From: Octopus bimaculoides
Lineage: Eukaryota
Reading direction: 5' to 3'
Assembly (NCBI RefSeq): GCF_001194135.2
Contig: NC_068982.1
Coordinates: 65,636,596-65,700,595 of the forward strand
Length of the DNA stretch: 64,000 nt
The position numbers and the translations under genes are program-made. Of this stretch, positions 26,711 through 39,924 are shown in pieces. Numbering within the stretch: the first letter of the stretch is position 1; each line of letters opens with the position of its first letter. Below the pieces are notes generated by a model. The model was given only the letters and a program-made list of their open reading frames with translations, made no database searches and was not told where the DNA came from.

Positions 26711-27332
26711 TATGCAGTACAAGAATGGATTTAAAATAGATTTTCTTTCTAAACTAAGGTAACATTCTTATCAAGCAGGTCACTATTTCTAGTGTTGGAT
26801 TCCTTCAAAAGCCTAAAATATATTTCTATCATAGGTATACACACTGGAGAAGGGTATAGTTGATGGCATAGTTGTAAATGATTGGACACTGTCATACTAG
26901 CAGTGTCATTACTTTCCAGTATTCTGTGACAACATATCTAGCCATGGGGTAAGACTACCTTGCTTGGAAATAAGTGGTGGTTGGTGAAAGAAAGAGCATC
27001 TGATCATAGAAAATCTCCCTCAATAAACTCTGTCCAACACATGCATGCATGGAAAAGGGGATGTTTGATGACAACGATGATTATGAAACAGGTGATTATA
27101 TTATCTGCATGACTAGCCGATACATATTTTATTGATCATAAAAGGAAGAAATACAAAGTCAACCTTGGAAGGATTTCAAAGCTATAAAGAGATGTATCTA
27201 AATAAGACATTTAAGCTGTTGCTCTACCATTTTTACAGCTGTGACATGAAATGCTTAAAATTATAAGAAAAATATTGATTCCGAGTATTGACACTAATCT
27301 CAAAACTGCAGTGTTTTTCTTAATTTCTTTAC

Positions 27333-27465
27333 CTCATGTTCAAGTCCACTGTATTCACCTTCTCTCTGTTCACGAATTACCACAAAATTCATATCCTTAT
27401 GTCGGGTTTTGATGCCTGGCATGCTTTTAATCCAAACGACATTGGCAAACATATCAAGTTCACGT
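27333..27465 (-). CDS. IDH3B: IDH3B exon 5 ([10 protein letters not shown]...[15 protein letters not shown])
   Basis: ctcttccag and gtaaag junctions; conserved IRE-x-x-EGEY. Confidence 0.97.
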
Positions 27466-27860
27466 CTGGAAGAGAGTAACGTCTAAACAGTTGTATTTTT
27501 AATACTTTTATATTACAATTTTAATTACAAGAAAAAAAATCTCCAAAATTCCAGTTTAAATCAACAGCAGTCAGGTTTCATGGTATGAAGTGAATCAAAT
27601 TATTCTCCCCATTGACAGAGGCCACTCTATCATAATATTCCCAGATGACCTGGTACCCCCTCCTGGAAGATAGATAAACTGAAACATTTTAGAATTAAGA
27701 GCTAGTCATAGAAATATATTAAAATGCCAGCAGTGGATTTGAACTTATAATCTGTGAGTTGGTATTATGGTGTTTGTGTGTGTGTGTGTGTTTACTTATT
27801 CCAGACTGTGTATGATTTAGTTCTTCTAGAAAACAACTTGTGTCAGGAAAAGCTACCAAC

Positions 27861-28001
27861 CTTAACTTCATGTTTAAACTTTCCAACACGCCGCCTTTGG
27901 CATCAGCAGGAGTTGCAATGATGCCTTTGATGCCAACACCATTTCTTTTGAATGATTCAACAACAGTATCTAAACTTGCACTTTGACTTGGCTGTACTTC
28001 A
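27861..28001 (-). CDS. IDH3B: IDH3B exon 4 (EVQPSQSASL...GIKGIIATP...ESLNMKL)
   Basis: ttttttcag and gttggt junctions; phase 2 to 2. Confidence 0.95.
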
Positions 28002-31000
28002 CTGAAAAAAAGATCATCAGCAATAAGCATTTCGTGTAATCAAAACTGTGACACTTTCAAATATATTTTGTACATCAAGATAATCATAATTTCACATACA
28101 TACACACAAGTTATAGAATCCCAGGTAAACCCTAAAGGAACAGGGTCATGATTGATGGCATACCTACAGTGAAATAGTCTGATTGCTTCATGTGAATCTA
28201 GAACTGCATTACCTAATATATCATTCACTTTTTCAAGATGGTGTGTTGTGATTTAGCTGCTACTTTTTGTAGGTCAAATGATTATAAAAAGGCTTTTTCA
28301 TTGGTTTGTCTACATGAGCAAAACATAGCCACCACACAATAGTAAGTATGGCTTAGTACTTAAAACAATTAACAAAAGCATGGTACATGGTACCATGCTT
28401 TTGTTAATTGCTTTAGGTTCCTATGAGAGCAGATAAAGATGCCCTTTTGACACACCTGACACAGCAGAATATCCAGGATGTGACAGCTGAAAAGAGAGAA
28501 GACTGAAGCAACTCCCTGCTGGTACTTATTTTTGGTTAGGTAGACATGTGAAATAAAGAGTCTTGCTCAAAGAGACAATGCACTGCCTGGTCCCAAAATA
28601 GAATCTATGACTTTATGTTCATATGCCCAACACTCTAACCACATGGCCTTAATCTTACTAGTGTTTTATTAGTATTGGTGACTATTGCTTTTTTAAGGGT
28701 TTAGTCAGAAGAGAAAGTGAAGCACCCATGTTTTTTATTCAGTCTTTAATAATGGTGGGAAGAATGGAAGAGGAAGTTATCCACTGATTGGATACCTGGT
28801 TTGAATGCTTACAGTAAAGCAGACTACACTGAATGAACCTGGCAACATAAGTCAATCACTCAAGAATAAGAACAGTCCCTCTAATGAGCTTCTACATAAT
28901 TTCCAAGGCTTTTTTTTACCTGAAGATATGACAGAAGACACTTGCTGAAGGCACCGCACATTGAGATACTATACAGCCATGACTGAAGCTTAAACAGTAA
29001 CAAACCCACATTTCTTTACCTGACCAGAAAGAGTGCAGTTATAAACTAATCTTAAGATAGAAGTTTTAATAAATCCAGAACTATATAATTGTTAAAGTGA
29101 ACTTCTCAGTCACACAGCAATGCTTGCACCTTAACCCTTTAGTATTTCAACTGACCATATGTAGCCCGAATATACTGTTTTATGTTCAAACCTGCACCTC
29201 ACATCTACTCTACAATGTCATTCTAAAAATAAACAATCACACCATCATCATCATTATTTAACTCTATTTTCCATGCTGGCACTGATTGGATGGTTCGACA
29301 GGAGCTGGGCAGCTGAAAAGCTGCCTGGGTTTCATGTCTGTTTGGGCATGGTTTCTATGACTGGATGCCCTTCTTAATATAAACCACTTTACAGAGTGTA
29401 CTGGGTGCTTTTACATGGTACTGGCACAAGTGCCCTTTATGTGGCACCTGCACACATGAGCCCACAAGATTAGGGTGGTTCAGCTGAAGAGGGATGCAGG
29501 GGACGTACCTGGATGCAAGGACAATCATGATTTTACTTAGTTTGACATGTCTTCTCAAGAATAACAAACTGCCAGAAGTCTAAGTCCCAAGGAACCCATG
29601 TTCCATTACCTGATCATCAAGAATGCAATAATAAAATAATCTTAAGGTAGAAGTTTTAAAGTGTAAATCAGAGCTTTGGAAGGGGTAGAGGAGGAGGGTT
29701 TCAATAATCAGTTACAGTTTAACATGTGTAAGTTAAACTCAAGAAGTAAACAATAACATCTGACAAACCAATGAAAGAATTTAAATGTGGTTTCTAAATC
29801 TGTTAGAAATAGCAATCAAACTCCCCTCAATTTACACACTTCTGTCTTAAAAAAAGAGGACATACTTCGTAATATATGATTGAAAAAAGAATGGGATAGC
29901 CATAGCCTTTCATCACAGCTCTGCTCAATCATGGCTGGCATGGGATTAAACAATAATAATAATAATAATGAAAAAAGATAATACATTTACATCAAAATTT
30001 TATGCTAGTATGTCAATTCACTACAACTTGTACTAATACATAAGTCACACCTCTTACAGCTAATTAATCAAACGTACTAACAACATGACTAAAATTGCAT
30101 CTAAAAAAGTAGGTTTTGTGGTCAAGACCAGAAAACAATTCAACCTTGATGTACTGAAGAATTTCAACAAATCTCATACATGAACCACATTACAATACAG
30201 CTTGATATAATGATTGGCTTGTTGGTGACTAAACTCATCCCTTTATTCTCTTTACTGGTCAAAAAAAAGGATGTGACCATCCAGCATAGTTAAAAGTAAA
30301 TGTGTCAAAGGGCAGATGAGCTTTTCCCTCGATCTCTTTCCTTTTTCCACACTTGCCCTATCTGTCACTGGCATTTTTTTTCATTGTCCTCTTATCTTCT
30401 GTAGGATTCTTAAAGTAGATATCTAACATTAATTACTACAAATATACTTGTCTTCCACTGTCCCCTAAATATCATTAAATTGTAATAACTACTGCACACT
30501 TGCAGTCACTTTCCATTTATTGGCTTATAGTGATACTTTAACAATTCTTTCTATTATGAGCAAAAGGCCTGAAATTTTGGAGAAGTGGGCTAGTTGATTA
30601 CATCAACCCCCAGTGCTCATCATCATCATTTACCCTCCATCTTCCATGTTGGCATGGGTTGACTGGTACCTATTTTATTGACCCCAAAAGGATGAAAGGC
30701 AGAATCAATCTCAGTGAAATATGCAACCGGCAGAAATAGCACAAACAATTCTGCTAGCTTGCCTGTAGTAGCAGCAGCAGTAACAACAATAACAATAGTT
30801 TCAAATTTTAGCACAAGGCCAGCAATTATGGGAGACGGGGTGGATAGACGATTAAACTGACCCTGGTGCTCAACTAGTACTTATTTTATTGACTCCAAAA
30901 GGATGAAAGGCAAAATCAACCTTGGTGAAATTTGAACTCAGTAGTAGTAGAACGTAGTAGTAGTAGTAATAACTTCAAATTTTTGGCACAAGGCCAGCAA

Positions 31001-31422
31001 GTTCAGGGGAAGGAGTAAGTCAATTACATCAATCACAGTGTTCAACTGGTACTTATTTTATTGACTTCAAAAGGATGAAAGGCAAAGTCAACTTCCATGG
31101 ATTTGAACTCAAAATGTAGTAGTGGTGGACTCTTCCATTGAAGACAGCTGATTGTTCAGCTTTTGTCAAATGACCTGCACAAATGATTAGTTTATGGTGA
31201 TCAAATGAATGCACTGTACAATTAGCTCACTCCCTCCATCAGATCAACATTGCCTGAACAGGTGCATGGTGTACCACATATCAGGTGTTGAAGTGATCGC
31301 AGAGCAATGTGAGATGAAGTGCTTTGCTCAAGAACACAACACACCACCTGGTCTAGGAACTGAAACTACGATCTAGCAATTGTGAATGCAATGCCCTAAC
31401 CACTAAGCCATGCATCTTCACA

Positions 31423-31463
<41 letters not shown>

Positions 31464-31477
31464 ATAATAATAATAAT

Positions 31478-33135
31478 CATGAAGTTTAACATCAGGAGAG
31501 GCATATTCCAGGGAAATAGTCTGTCACCATTGCTGTTTGTGATTTGCATGAAACCCCTCACACAGATATTACAGAAAGTCACACCTTGAAAAATGGCAGA
31601 AACTTAAATCAATTGCTATATATGGATGACTTAAAGATATTCTGTAAGAGTGAATATGAAGTAAATGGTCTTGTTTCAACACTGCAAACATTCAGTAAGG
31701 ATGGAATTTGGATAAAAATGTGTGGTATGTTTACCATAAAAAGAGGCAAAGTAGTGACATCTGATGATGTAGATCTACCCAACAGTGAGAGAATCAAGGA
31801 TATTGAGATGAATAGATGTAAGTATCTGGGTATTTTGGAGTATGACAAAATCAAGGAAAGTGAGATGAAGGAAAGCCTTAGGCAAGAATATCTCAGAAGA
31901 ACCAAATTAATCATGGAGAGTAGGTTCAATGGAAAGAACAAGATCAGAGCAATGAATACATGGGCTGTTTCCTTAATGCAAAACGGTGCAGGTATTAGAC
32001 AGACAAAAAATGAGCTTGAGGAATTGGATAGAAAAACCAGGTAAGTGATGACAATGAACAAGGAACTGCACCCTAAAAGAGATATCAGTAGACTATGTGT
32101 CTAAGTACAAGGGAGGAAGAGGCCTCATAGGACGCAAGATCTGTATTGTCAAATAAGGAAAACATTCCAGGATGGTACGTCAAACAGCAGACTGAACCCT
32201 TGCTTGCCTCTGTTAGAAACAACATGTTACCTACTAAAATTGTGGCACCCAAAAACATTTAAGAAACAAGACAGAGAACAAAAATTAAACAACTGGAAAA
32301 TGAAAGCAATGTATGGGCAATACCTCAGAGAAATCGAAGGAAAGACAAGGTTAATACCTGGGGATCACTAAGGAGAAATGATCTGAAAGGATGCACTGAG
32401 ACATTGGTATGCAGTGCCCATGAACAAGCTCAGAACTAATTACACCAAGTTCCAAATAAATAAGAACAATGAATTTCCCCTTTGTAGGATATGTGGCAGC
32501 AAAAACAAAATAATCTGTGAGTGTAGTAAATTGGCCCAAAAGGAATACAAAAGGAGGTATGATAAAATAGTTAAGTTTGTTCACTGAAGATTGTGTGAGA
32601 AGTATGGTCTTGAAAGAACACAGAAATAATACAAACATAAACTAGAAGGTGCCACTGAGAATAATGAATATAAAATCTTATGGGATTTCACAATTCAGTG
32701 TGACTCACTAATTGATGCTCAGAGACCAGACAATATTGTAGTGGATAAAAGGAAGAAAGAAGCTAAGATCATAGATCTTACCATACCTGGGGACACATGC
32801 ATGGGAGACAAAGTGCTGCAAAAGATGGAAAAATACAAGTTACTAAAAAACAAAATTGCAAGAATGTGGGCAATGAAGAGATTAACTGTCATCCCAGAAG
32901 TTGTAGGGGGAATGGGAGCACAAATAACAGAGTTTGAGAAATATATCGGAGAAATTAGAATTGACATGAGGGTGGACCCTGCCAAAAAACTACTCTTCTG
33001 GGGACAGTGAGGATTTTGAGATTGATACTTGAATGTTAAGTATTGTGGAAAGAGACCCTGTGAGACTTTTGACGATAGGTTGCTGTTCACTCTCACAGAA
33101 TTAACCAAAGCAAGTAAAATCAAGAGCTTTGAATA
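31478..33135 (+). mobile_element. 5'-truncated R4/Dong-like non-LTR retrotransposon (RT, CCHC knuckle, restriction-like endonuclease), inactivated
   Basis: RGIFQGNSLSPLLF, LLYMDD, YLG, CRICG knuckle, ILWDF...RPD...IIDLTIPGD; flanked by TAA repeats. Confidence 0.85.
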
Positions 33136-33162
33136 ATAAAATGGAATAATAATAAACATGCA

Positions 33163-34044
33163 CATGAGGTGGTATTGAAAATTTCCTGGACTAGTTATGT
33201 TTACTAATGAAATAACTTATTTACCTAAGTTTTAACATCATCACCTTTGATATAGTCCCCCTGCACAGCAATACACAGGTAATTTACTGCCACTTTTGGA
33301 GTCCAGTCTGGAAGTTGTTTCCTGTAAGTGAATCAAGGATCTTCCATGATTCACTCTTGATCTTGACAACAGTGTTAAAATGGCAACCTTTGAGCTGCAT
33401 TTTCATCTTGGGGAACAGAGAGAAGTCTGCAGGCGCTAAATCTGGCTGATAGGGTGGTTGTGGAAGCAATATGATATTGTTTTTGGTGAGAAACCCATGA
33501 GTAAAGAGAGCTTGGTGAAGAATCGAATTCTTTGTGCTCCACAGATTTGGTCACTTCCAATGAATGTTTCCCCTCAAACACTTCGAAATGTTACAGTAAC
33601 ACTCTCAATTGATAGTCTAGCCCTGGGGGATGAATTCTCAATGCACAATACTGCAGATGTCAAAAAACTGATGAGCATGCTTTTGATTGAGCTGCAGCTT
33701 TGTTATGCCTTTTGAAGTGCCCATGCCACTCGAAACACTGCATACAACCCATTGCCTCGTCGCCGTAAACTTGCTGAAGCATGCTCAATGTCACTGTAGC
33801 AAAATTTCATGTTGGCTCTTTGTTCCAACTTCCTGTCCATGACAAAAATTGCAGACTACAGCATACACATGATCACAAAAAAACCCCCCATAAATTCCAC
33901 AACCTGTGAGATAAACACAGCAATATCACTCAGTGCACTGCTTCATGAAGGTCACAGCAAGCTCTCACTGCACATGCAACCATGTGCAGCCATTTATTGG
34001 TATGCTACGGAACTAGCCTGGGAACTTTTTGATACCACCTCATA
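33163..34044 (-). mobile_element. Internally deleted mariner element with about 32-bp TIRs
   Basis: catgaggtggtattgaaaatttcc versus ggaactttttgataccacctcata; YQPDLAPADFSLFPKMK (YSPDLAP motif). Confidence 0.85.
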
Positions 34045-34115
34045 TCGAAACATTTTGAAAGATCACCAACAGGAATTTACTGATCTTGTTGATAATATTT
34101 GTTCTTAATATATAC

Positions 34116-34261
34116 CTAATGAAAATTTCCTCAAAGTCCACAGGTACACCAGCAGCTGTAAAGATATCTTGTACACTGGTCATTAGACTGGCACCAACAC
34201 CGTCTCCAGGTACCATGGTAACAACATGTTTTTTCATAGATTTGGCAACAGGCTCATTTAC
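34116..34261 (-). CDS. IDH3B: IDH3B exon 3 ([23 protein letters not shown]...DFEEIFI)
   Basis: tttcag and gtatat junctions; [10 protein letters not shown] motif of IDH/IMDH family. Confidence 0.95.
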
Positions 34262-34311
34262 CTGAAAGGAAACAAAACAGTCATTTAATTAATATATTAT
34301 TTAACTTTTAG

Positions 34312-34350
<39 letters not shown>

Positions 34351-35197
34351 AACAGCTCATGGTATTCAGCTATGTTCCTAGCTATGTTCTAAGTTCAGCT
34401 CCCATCCAGATCAACTTTGCATTTCTTTCTCTTGGGGGCCAATAAAATAAGTAACAGTTAAGTATCAGGATCAGTTTAATTAACTGTATCCTTCCACCAC
34501 AATCTGCAGCTGTGTAAGAAAGTTAGTGTCAACGGTATTATTATCTTGCCATGGTTTTGTCTTTCATCCTTTCAGGATCAATAAAATAAGTACCAGTCAA
34601 GTACTGGGGTTGATGTAATTGACTTGTTCCTCCTCTCAAAATCAGAAAGACTTATTATTTCATGTCATCTTTGCTGCTTATTACCTCCCTAATCAGGCTC
34701 GTCACCAGACTTTGGCGCCTGAAGGTGCTTCAGAATATTCTAGGTGAGAACTAATTTGTATTGTGGGAAGACTTTTGTAAACTGTATTTTCTAGATCTGG
34801 GGGTGCACTATTTCTGATAGGATATTACAACATCATTTAACATCCACTTTTCCATGTTTGCAAAAGCCAGAGGGAATTCACTGAAACAGATTTTCTATGG
34901 TTAGATGTCCTTTCATGTTCCTGTCTCTCACTTGTTTTTAAGCAACGTGATATTTCCCCATGACTTGGCATGTTTTCATAGAAGATTAGGGATGTTGGAC
35001 ACCACTTGCATGATGATGACATTTGTTTCCAAATGTCATATGATGTCAAGACAAAGAGACACAAACACACACACATGACAGGATTCCTTCAGTTTCCCCT
35101 CTACCAAATCCACTCACAAAGCTTTGGTTGGCCTGAAGCTATAAAAAAGCCTTGTGAGTGATGCATCTACTGTAAACAGGTAAATAAATATTGTAAA

Positions 35198-35404
35198 TAC
35201 AGTAATCCCTCGTCCACTGCGGGTGTTACATTCCAAAACCTCCCAGAGAAATAAAATCTAAAAAAATATAAATACCTATCAGCCACAGAAACCTGCGATA
35301 TACATTAGCCAGAAAAATCTACAATGTACTGAGTGCATGATAGGTGAACCACAATGTACTGAGTGTGTGATAGGTGAACCATGATATGGCAAGTGATTAA
35401 TGTA
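35198..35404. mobile_element. MITE with TACAGTAATCCCTCG-type TIRs
   Basis: tacagtaatccctcg at left, caagtgattaatgta at right; right half duplicated at 36615-36674. Confidence 0.7.
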
Positions 35405-35447
35405 GTAGGTATAGTAAATGAAATAAGAAATGATTTTAAATACTTAC

Positions 35448-35507
35448 AGACAGTTGCAACAACCCTTGACTGGTTTGAACACCACGTTTCAAGCATTTGT
35501 AATTACT
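35448..35507 (-). CDS. IDH3B: IDH3B exon 2 (SNYKCLKRGVQTSQGLLQLS)
   Basis: tatatttcag acceptor, gtaagt donor; 60 bp, frame-preserving; presequence-type RGVQTS; total length then about 386 aa, as expected for the family. Confidence 0.75.
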
Positions 35508-36174
35508 CTGAAATATAGAGGGAATAAATATATATATATGAATAAAATATACATAAAAGAATAAATAAGAAATGAAAATCTAACATTTCAAATTGAAAAT
35601 TATTTGAATTTGTGAATGGAAATGCGTTGAACTAGAATATTAATACATATTGTATAAAATTTGAATCATAGAAAAGAGGTTTTGTCTATTCATTCATTTG
35701 TTTCTTTAATATCTGTTTTTTTATGTTAGCATGAGTTGGACAAAGCAGGATTTTACAGCTGGTGGCTCTTCCTGCCACTAATCCCTACTTGTTTTTCAAG
35801 TAAGAGATTTCTTATTATTTCATATGTTTTTAAAAGTATAAAACATTGGCCATTATTTCAACAACAAATCATAATCATTGTCATCGTTCAATGTCCATGT
35901 TCTACACTGGCATGGGTTGGGTGGTTTGACAGGATCTAATGGATCCAAGGACTGCATCATGTTCCAGTAACTGTTTTGACATGGTTTCTTTGGCTGGATG
36001 CCCTTCCTAATGCCAACCACTTTACTGCATGTACTGGGTGCTTTTTTCATGTCACTGGCATAATGAGGTCACCAAGCAGCATGCAAGACTATGAGACCTG
36101 AGAAGGAGACAGTGGCTTTATCACCACTTCACTCATGTTTTTGTCAAACAAGGCCATGGAATATCCATCTTCAT

Positions 36175-36226
<52 letters not shown>

Positions 36227-36717
36227 TTTGAATATATACATGTAAGCTTAAACATAAAAGCATATCAAATTTACCTATTTCTCTGTAGATTGAAAAAAAT
36301 TATGAACAGCTTTAATTTTCAACCCTCATTGGGGTCTCATCAGAGGTGTTTACTTCACAAGAAAAGATAGATGCAATGTAACGATCTATTAAAATAGAAA
36401 TTTCCTGCAGAGGATGTATCTCTACAAGATATAATCTCCAGGTGGAAATTTATAAAAGTGATTATGTAGAAGGTCCCTTATTAGTGAAGATAAGTCAGTT
36501 ACTAGTTGTTAAAGTTGTTTAACCTCCAGATAAGTTCTGATCCAGTAGACTTGATCAAAGCTTGAAATTTATGGGGAATGGGTAAGTCGATCATATTAAC
36601 CCAGTGCACAATAAGTGAACCTCGGTGTACTGAGTCGTGATAGGTGAATTGCGATATGGCAAGGGATTACTGTAGTACGTATAGTAAATTAAATAAGAAA
36701 TCATTTTGAATACTTAC

Positions 36718-36777
36718 AGACAGTTGCAACAAACCTTGACTGGTTTGAACACCAGGTTTCAAGCATTTGCAATTACT
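36718..36777 (-). other. IDH3B: Duplicated copy of IDH3B exon 2 (SNCKCLKPGVQTSQGLLQLS); pseudo-exon or alternative exon
   Basis: 57 of 60 nt identical to 35448-35507; intact gtaagt donor; acceptor AG provided by an adjacent SINE (aagtaccag) without a pyrimidine tract. Confidence 0.85.
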
Positions 36778-38594
36778 CTGGTACTTAATTTATTGACCTC
36801 ATAAAGATGAAAGGCAAAGTCAACTTTGGCTGAATTTGAACTCAGAATGTAGCAAGGAGTGAAATACTGCTAAGCATTTCACCAGGCGAAAATAAGCATC
36901 CCATATTTTATTTTATATATCTTATTTTTGCAGTATTACAGCAATAATGAGCTTATCGAATACATTGCTCAAGTACACTACAACTCATCAGAAAAGGGGA
37001 AAAGGTGATGAAAAGTAGCAATAAGTAAAGGAAAATAGCAATGATAGCAAACTGCATTGTATACAGTACTTTGTTTTTAATGACATGGTATATATATATA
37101 TCCTTATATTCACACGCTATATATATATATATCCTTATATTCACACGCTATATATATATATATATATATATAGATATATATATATACCATGTGAATATAA
37201 GGATTTACTTTTCATAAGAAAAAAAAGCCAAGGCTGTGTATAATATAGAACATTTATAAATATTTATACGACCTGAGTTGGACCCCCTATTCGCATAATA
37301 ACCGAACCTAGAGCTTAACTTTGGTCTAATACATAGCACTTACTCAGCATTACCTGAAACCTCTGGGTCTAATTGACACCACTATCGCTCATAACCTATA
37401 TATATATATATATATATCAGGAAGAGAGCCACTCCATCAGATCGTGAAGAAGTTATAGAGAATATTTTATGCTGAGCTTTTGGATTTTGTCGAGTTTCCT
37501 TAATTTCATATCATGTGCCATTTTTCCATGAGCCTCTTTCATTTGACTGAGATATTTAAAATTTTTGTTGCATTTCTGATCTTTCTGATATCTAAATACA
37601 GATACTTATGTGCATGAATTACTTTTGTTTTGTTTTGTTTTTTGTTTTTTTTCAAATTTAATTCTGAAGAATTGAAGAAGTAAATTTACCCTATCGTGTC
37701 TTACTCATTTTGCCCCAGCTAATTAAGTCTTTTTTTCTACTCAAAGAGATCGGAGATAATTTCTTGAATTAGTGTTCTGAATATGTTATAGTGCTTTTAA
37801 TGCATTCAGAGAAGGTCATTTGCTCAGTTGATATAGTTTTTGTAAGGTAGCGAACATTTGTAAAAAAATATTTTTGGGTCAAAATCAAAAATGCAGTAAA
37901 TATTACTCATTGTGCTCCACCCCCTATTTAGACTAGCATAGGGGGAAGAGATAATCATGTTTGAAACGCTTTTAAAAGATGAAATGATCACAATCGGGAT
38001 GTTTTTAAAAGACGAAAGAGTCACGGTTGGAAACCTTTAGAAACACGCATGTTTTCAGGCGTCCGTATATTTCTGTGCATTAGTGCGCACACGAACGGAT
38101 GCGCAAAGGAATCAACCAAGTTATTTTCAATTTGGGAAATATTCTATTTCGGAGTCTCGACTATGTGATACACTATATAAAATATTGACAGTTCAGTAAT
38201 ATGACATTGAAGAGAGAGACATAAATTCAAGACAGATGAATTAATCATACGTATATTCATTCACAGCTGACCTAGTGTTAAATAACAAATACATTTCCAC
38301 GGCGGTTGATAGTAAAATATAGTTTCTAATTCCATAGAACTGTACAGCCTTTCGATTAGCAAATTTCATTTCTTAATGAAATGTCATTCTGACTCGGCAT
38401 ATGACAATTTAATTTGAAGGTTGCGAGAGAAAGAAAATGCGAAAGTCCAACGTATAGGTTGGGAGTAAAGGTTAATAGATTTGGTGAAGATTACAGCGAT
38501 TTAACATAAGCCAATATTATCCACAGTATGATATGAACTAAGATAAGATAAACCAAAGAGGGAAAAAAACAGAAGAATTGTTTAATATACTTAC

Positions 38595-38657
38595 AGAGTA
38601 ACGTTGAGCTCCTTTAATAAGACCAGACCGAAAGGACGAGATGACAAGGGACGCCAT
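38595..38657 (-). CDS. IDH3B: NAD-dependent isocitrate dehydrogenase beta, exon 1 (MASLVISSFRSGLIKGAQRYS; mitochondrial presequence-like)
   Basis: caaacATGG context, gtaagt donor; Ser/Arg-rich with no acidic residues; phase 0 into exon 2. Confidence 0.8.
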
Positions 38658-38747
38658 GTTTGTAACAATGACAAACGGTGAAGGTCACATTAATATACCT
38701 TTTGCAGCAGACGATCGGATATTTCTGACTAGTAATATGTGTTTTTT

Positions 38748-38957
38748 TGTTTACTCTTTTACTTGTTTCAGTCATTTGACTGTGGCCATGCTGGAGCACC
38801 GCCTTTAGTCGAGCAAATCGACCCCAGCACTTATTCTTTGTAAGCCTAGTACTTATTCTATCGGTCTCTTTCGCCGAACCGCTGGATTACGGGGACGTAA
38901 ACACACCAGCATCGGCTGTCAAGCGATGTTGGGGGGGTCAAACAGACATATACACAC

Positions 38958-39011
<54 letters not shown>

Positions 39012-39176
39012 GACGGGCTTCTTTCAGTTTCCATCTACCAAATCCACTCATAAGGCTTTGGTCGGCCCGAGGCTATAGTAGAAGACACTTGCCCAAGGTG
39101 CCACGCAGAGAGACTGAACCCGGAACCATGTGGTTCGTAAGCAAGCTACTTACCACACAGCCACTCCTACGCCTAT
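38748..39176 (-). mobile_element. Near full-length SINE family C (CORE-like ttgggcaagtg block, internal TA microsatellite); fragments near 2430, 6295, 9900, 13400, 45825, 50330, 58140, 59440, 60960, 61880
   Basis: tRNA-like head with ggttcagtc B box; CpG-rich; same blocks recur throughout the window. Confidence 0.85.
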
Positions 39177-39589
39177 TTTTATATCGTTTTCTATACACAA
39201 TAACGTCCTCACTTACAAGTTTCTATTTACAATGGTAAGAATGACAAAAGATTCTGTGTAACTCGGACGAAATAGATATGATAGAACATTTTTGTTCGAA
39301 GGCCTTGCTGTTTTGTGGGAGGTTTTCTTGCTATTTATAAATTTTGTCAATACACACTGGTGAAAGACACGTGTGCGCGCGCAAACAATAAACATGCCTC
39401 TAAGTTACGTATAAAGCTTATAGCCTTACAGCTACCAAATTTGCAAGCTATGGGTCCATGTACTTGCAAGGATACATACATACATACAATAAAAAACCAA
39501 ATCTTTCTATAATGCTGTAGGAATATTGAGAGAGAATGCAGTGACTGTGCTGAGAGAGCTGAAAGAGACGTGGGAGACTGACAGAGTTA

Positions 39590-39604
39590 GAGAGAGGTGA
39601 GAGA

Positions 39605-39663
<59 letters not shown>
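39590..39663. repeat. (GA)n microsatellite; other simple repeats at 134-160, 26654-26701, 31423-31477, 34312-34348, 36175-36222, 52183-52245
   Basis: Direct inspection. Confidence 0.95.
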
Positions 39664-39669
<6 letters not shown>

Positions 39670-39924
39670 ATTCAGTAAACAACACTGGTAGTCAGGTGAG
39701 CAGATAGTAAAATATAGGAATGAAAGTAAGAGTGAGTGAGAGAGGAGAAGAGAGAACATGAGTAAGAGATGAGAGATAGAAAGAAGAAAAATAGCTCTAT
39801 ACAATAAAGAGGATGAAATCAGAAAGGTAAGAATAAAATAACAGAGGACATGCATAAGATATCTCCATATGTATAAATTGCACACAGAGTATGCTTTTTC
39901 CTGGTCCTGAAAGTTATCTTCAAT

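Noticed and set aside
16532-38657. Genomically encoded residues that A-to-I editing would restore to the conserved state
   Set aside because: By eye, the unusual residues (e.g. EQREGEY, QICPCSA in ARL3, LDRP in FUCA) cannot be reverted by A-to-G changes; RNA data are needed
39369-39383. E-box and NRF1-like words (cacgtg, tgcgcgcgca) upstream of IDH3B
   Set aside because: Short motifs in probable repeat-derived sequence, separated from the gene by a SINE; no independent support
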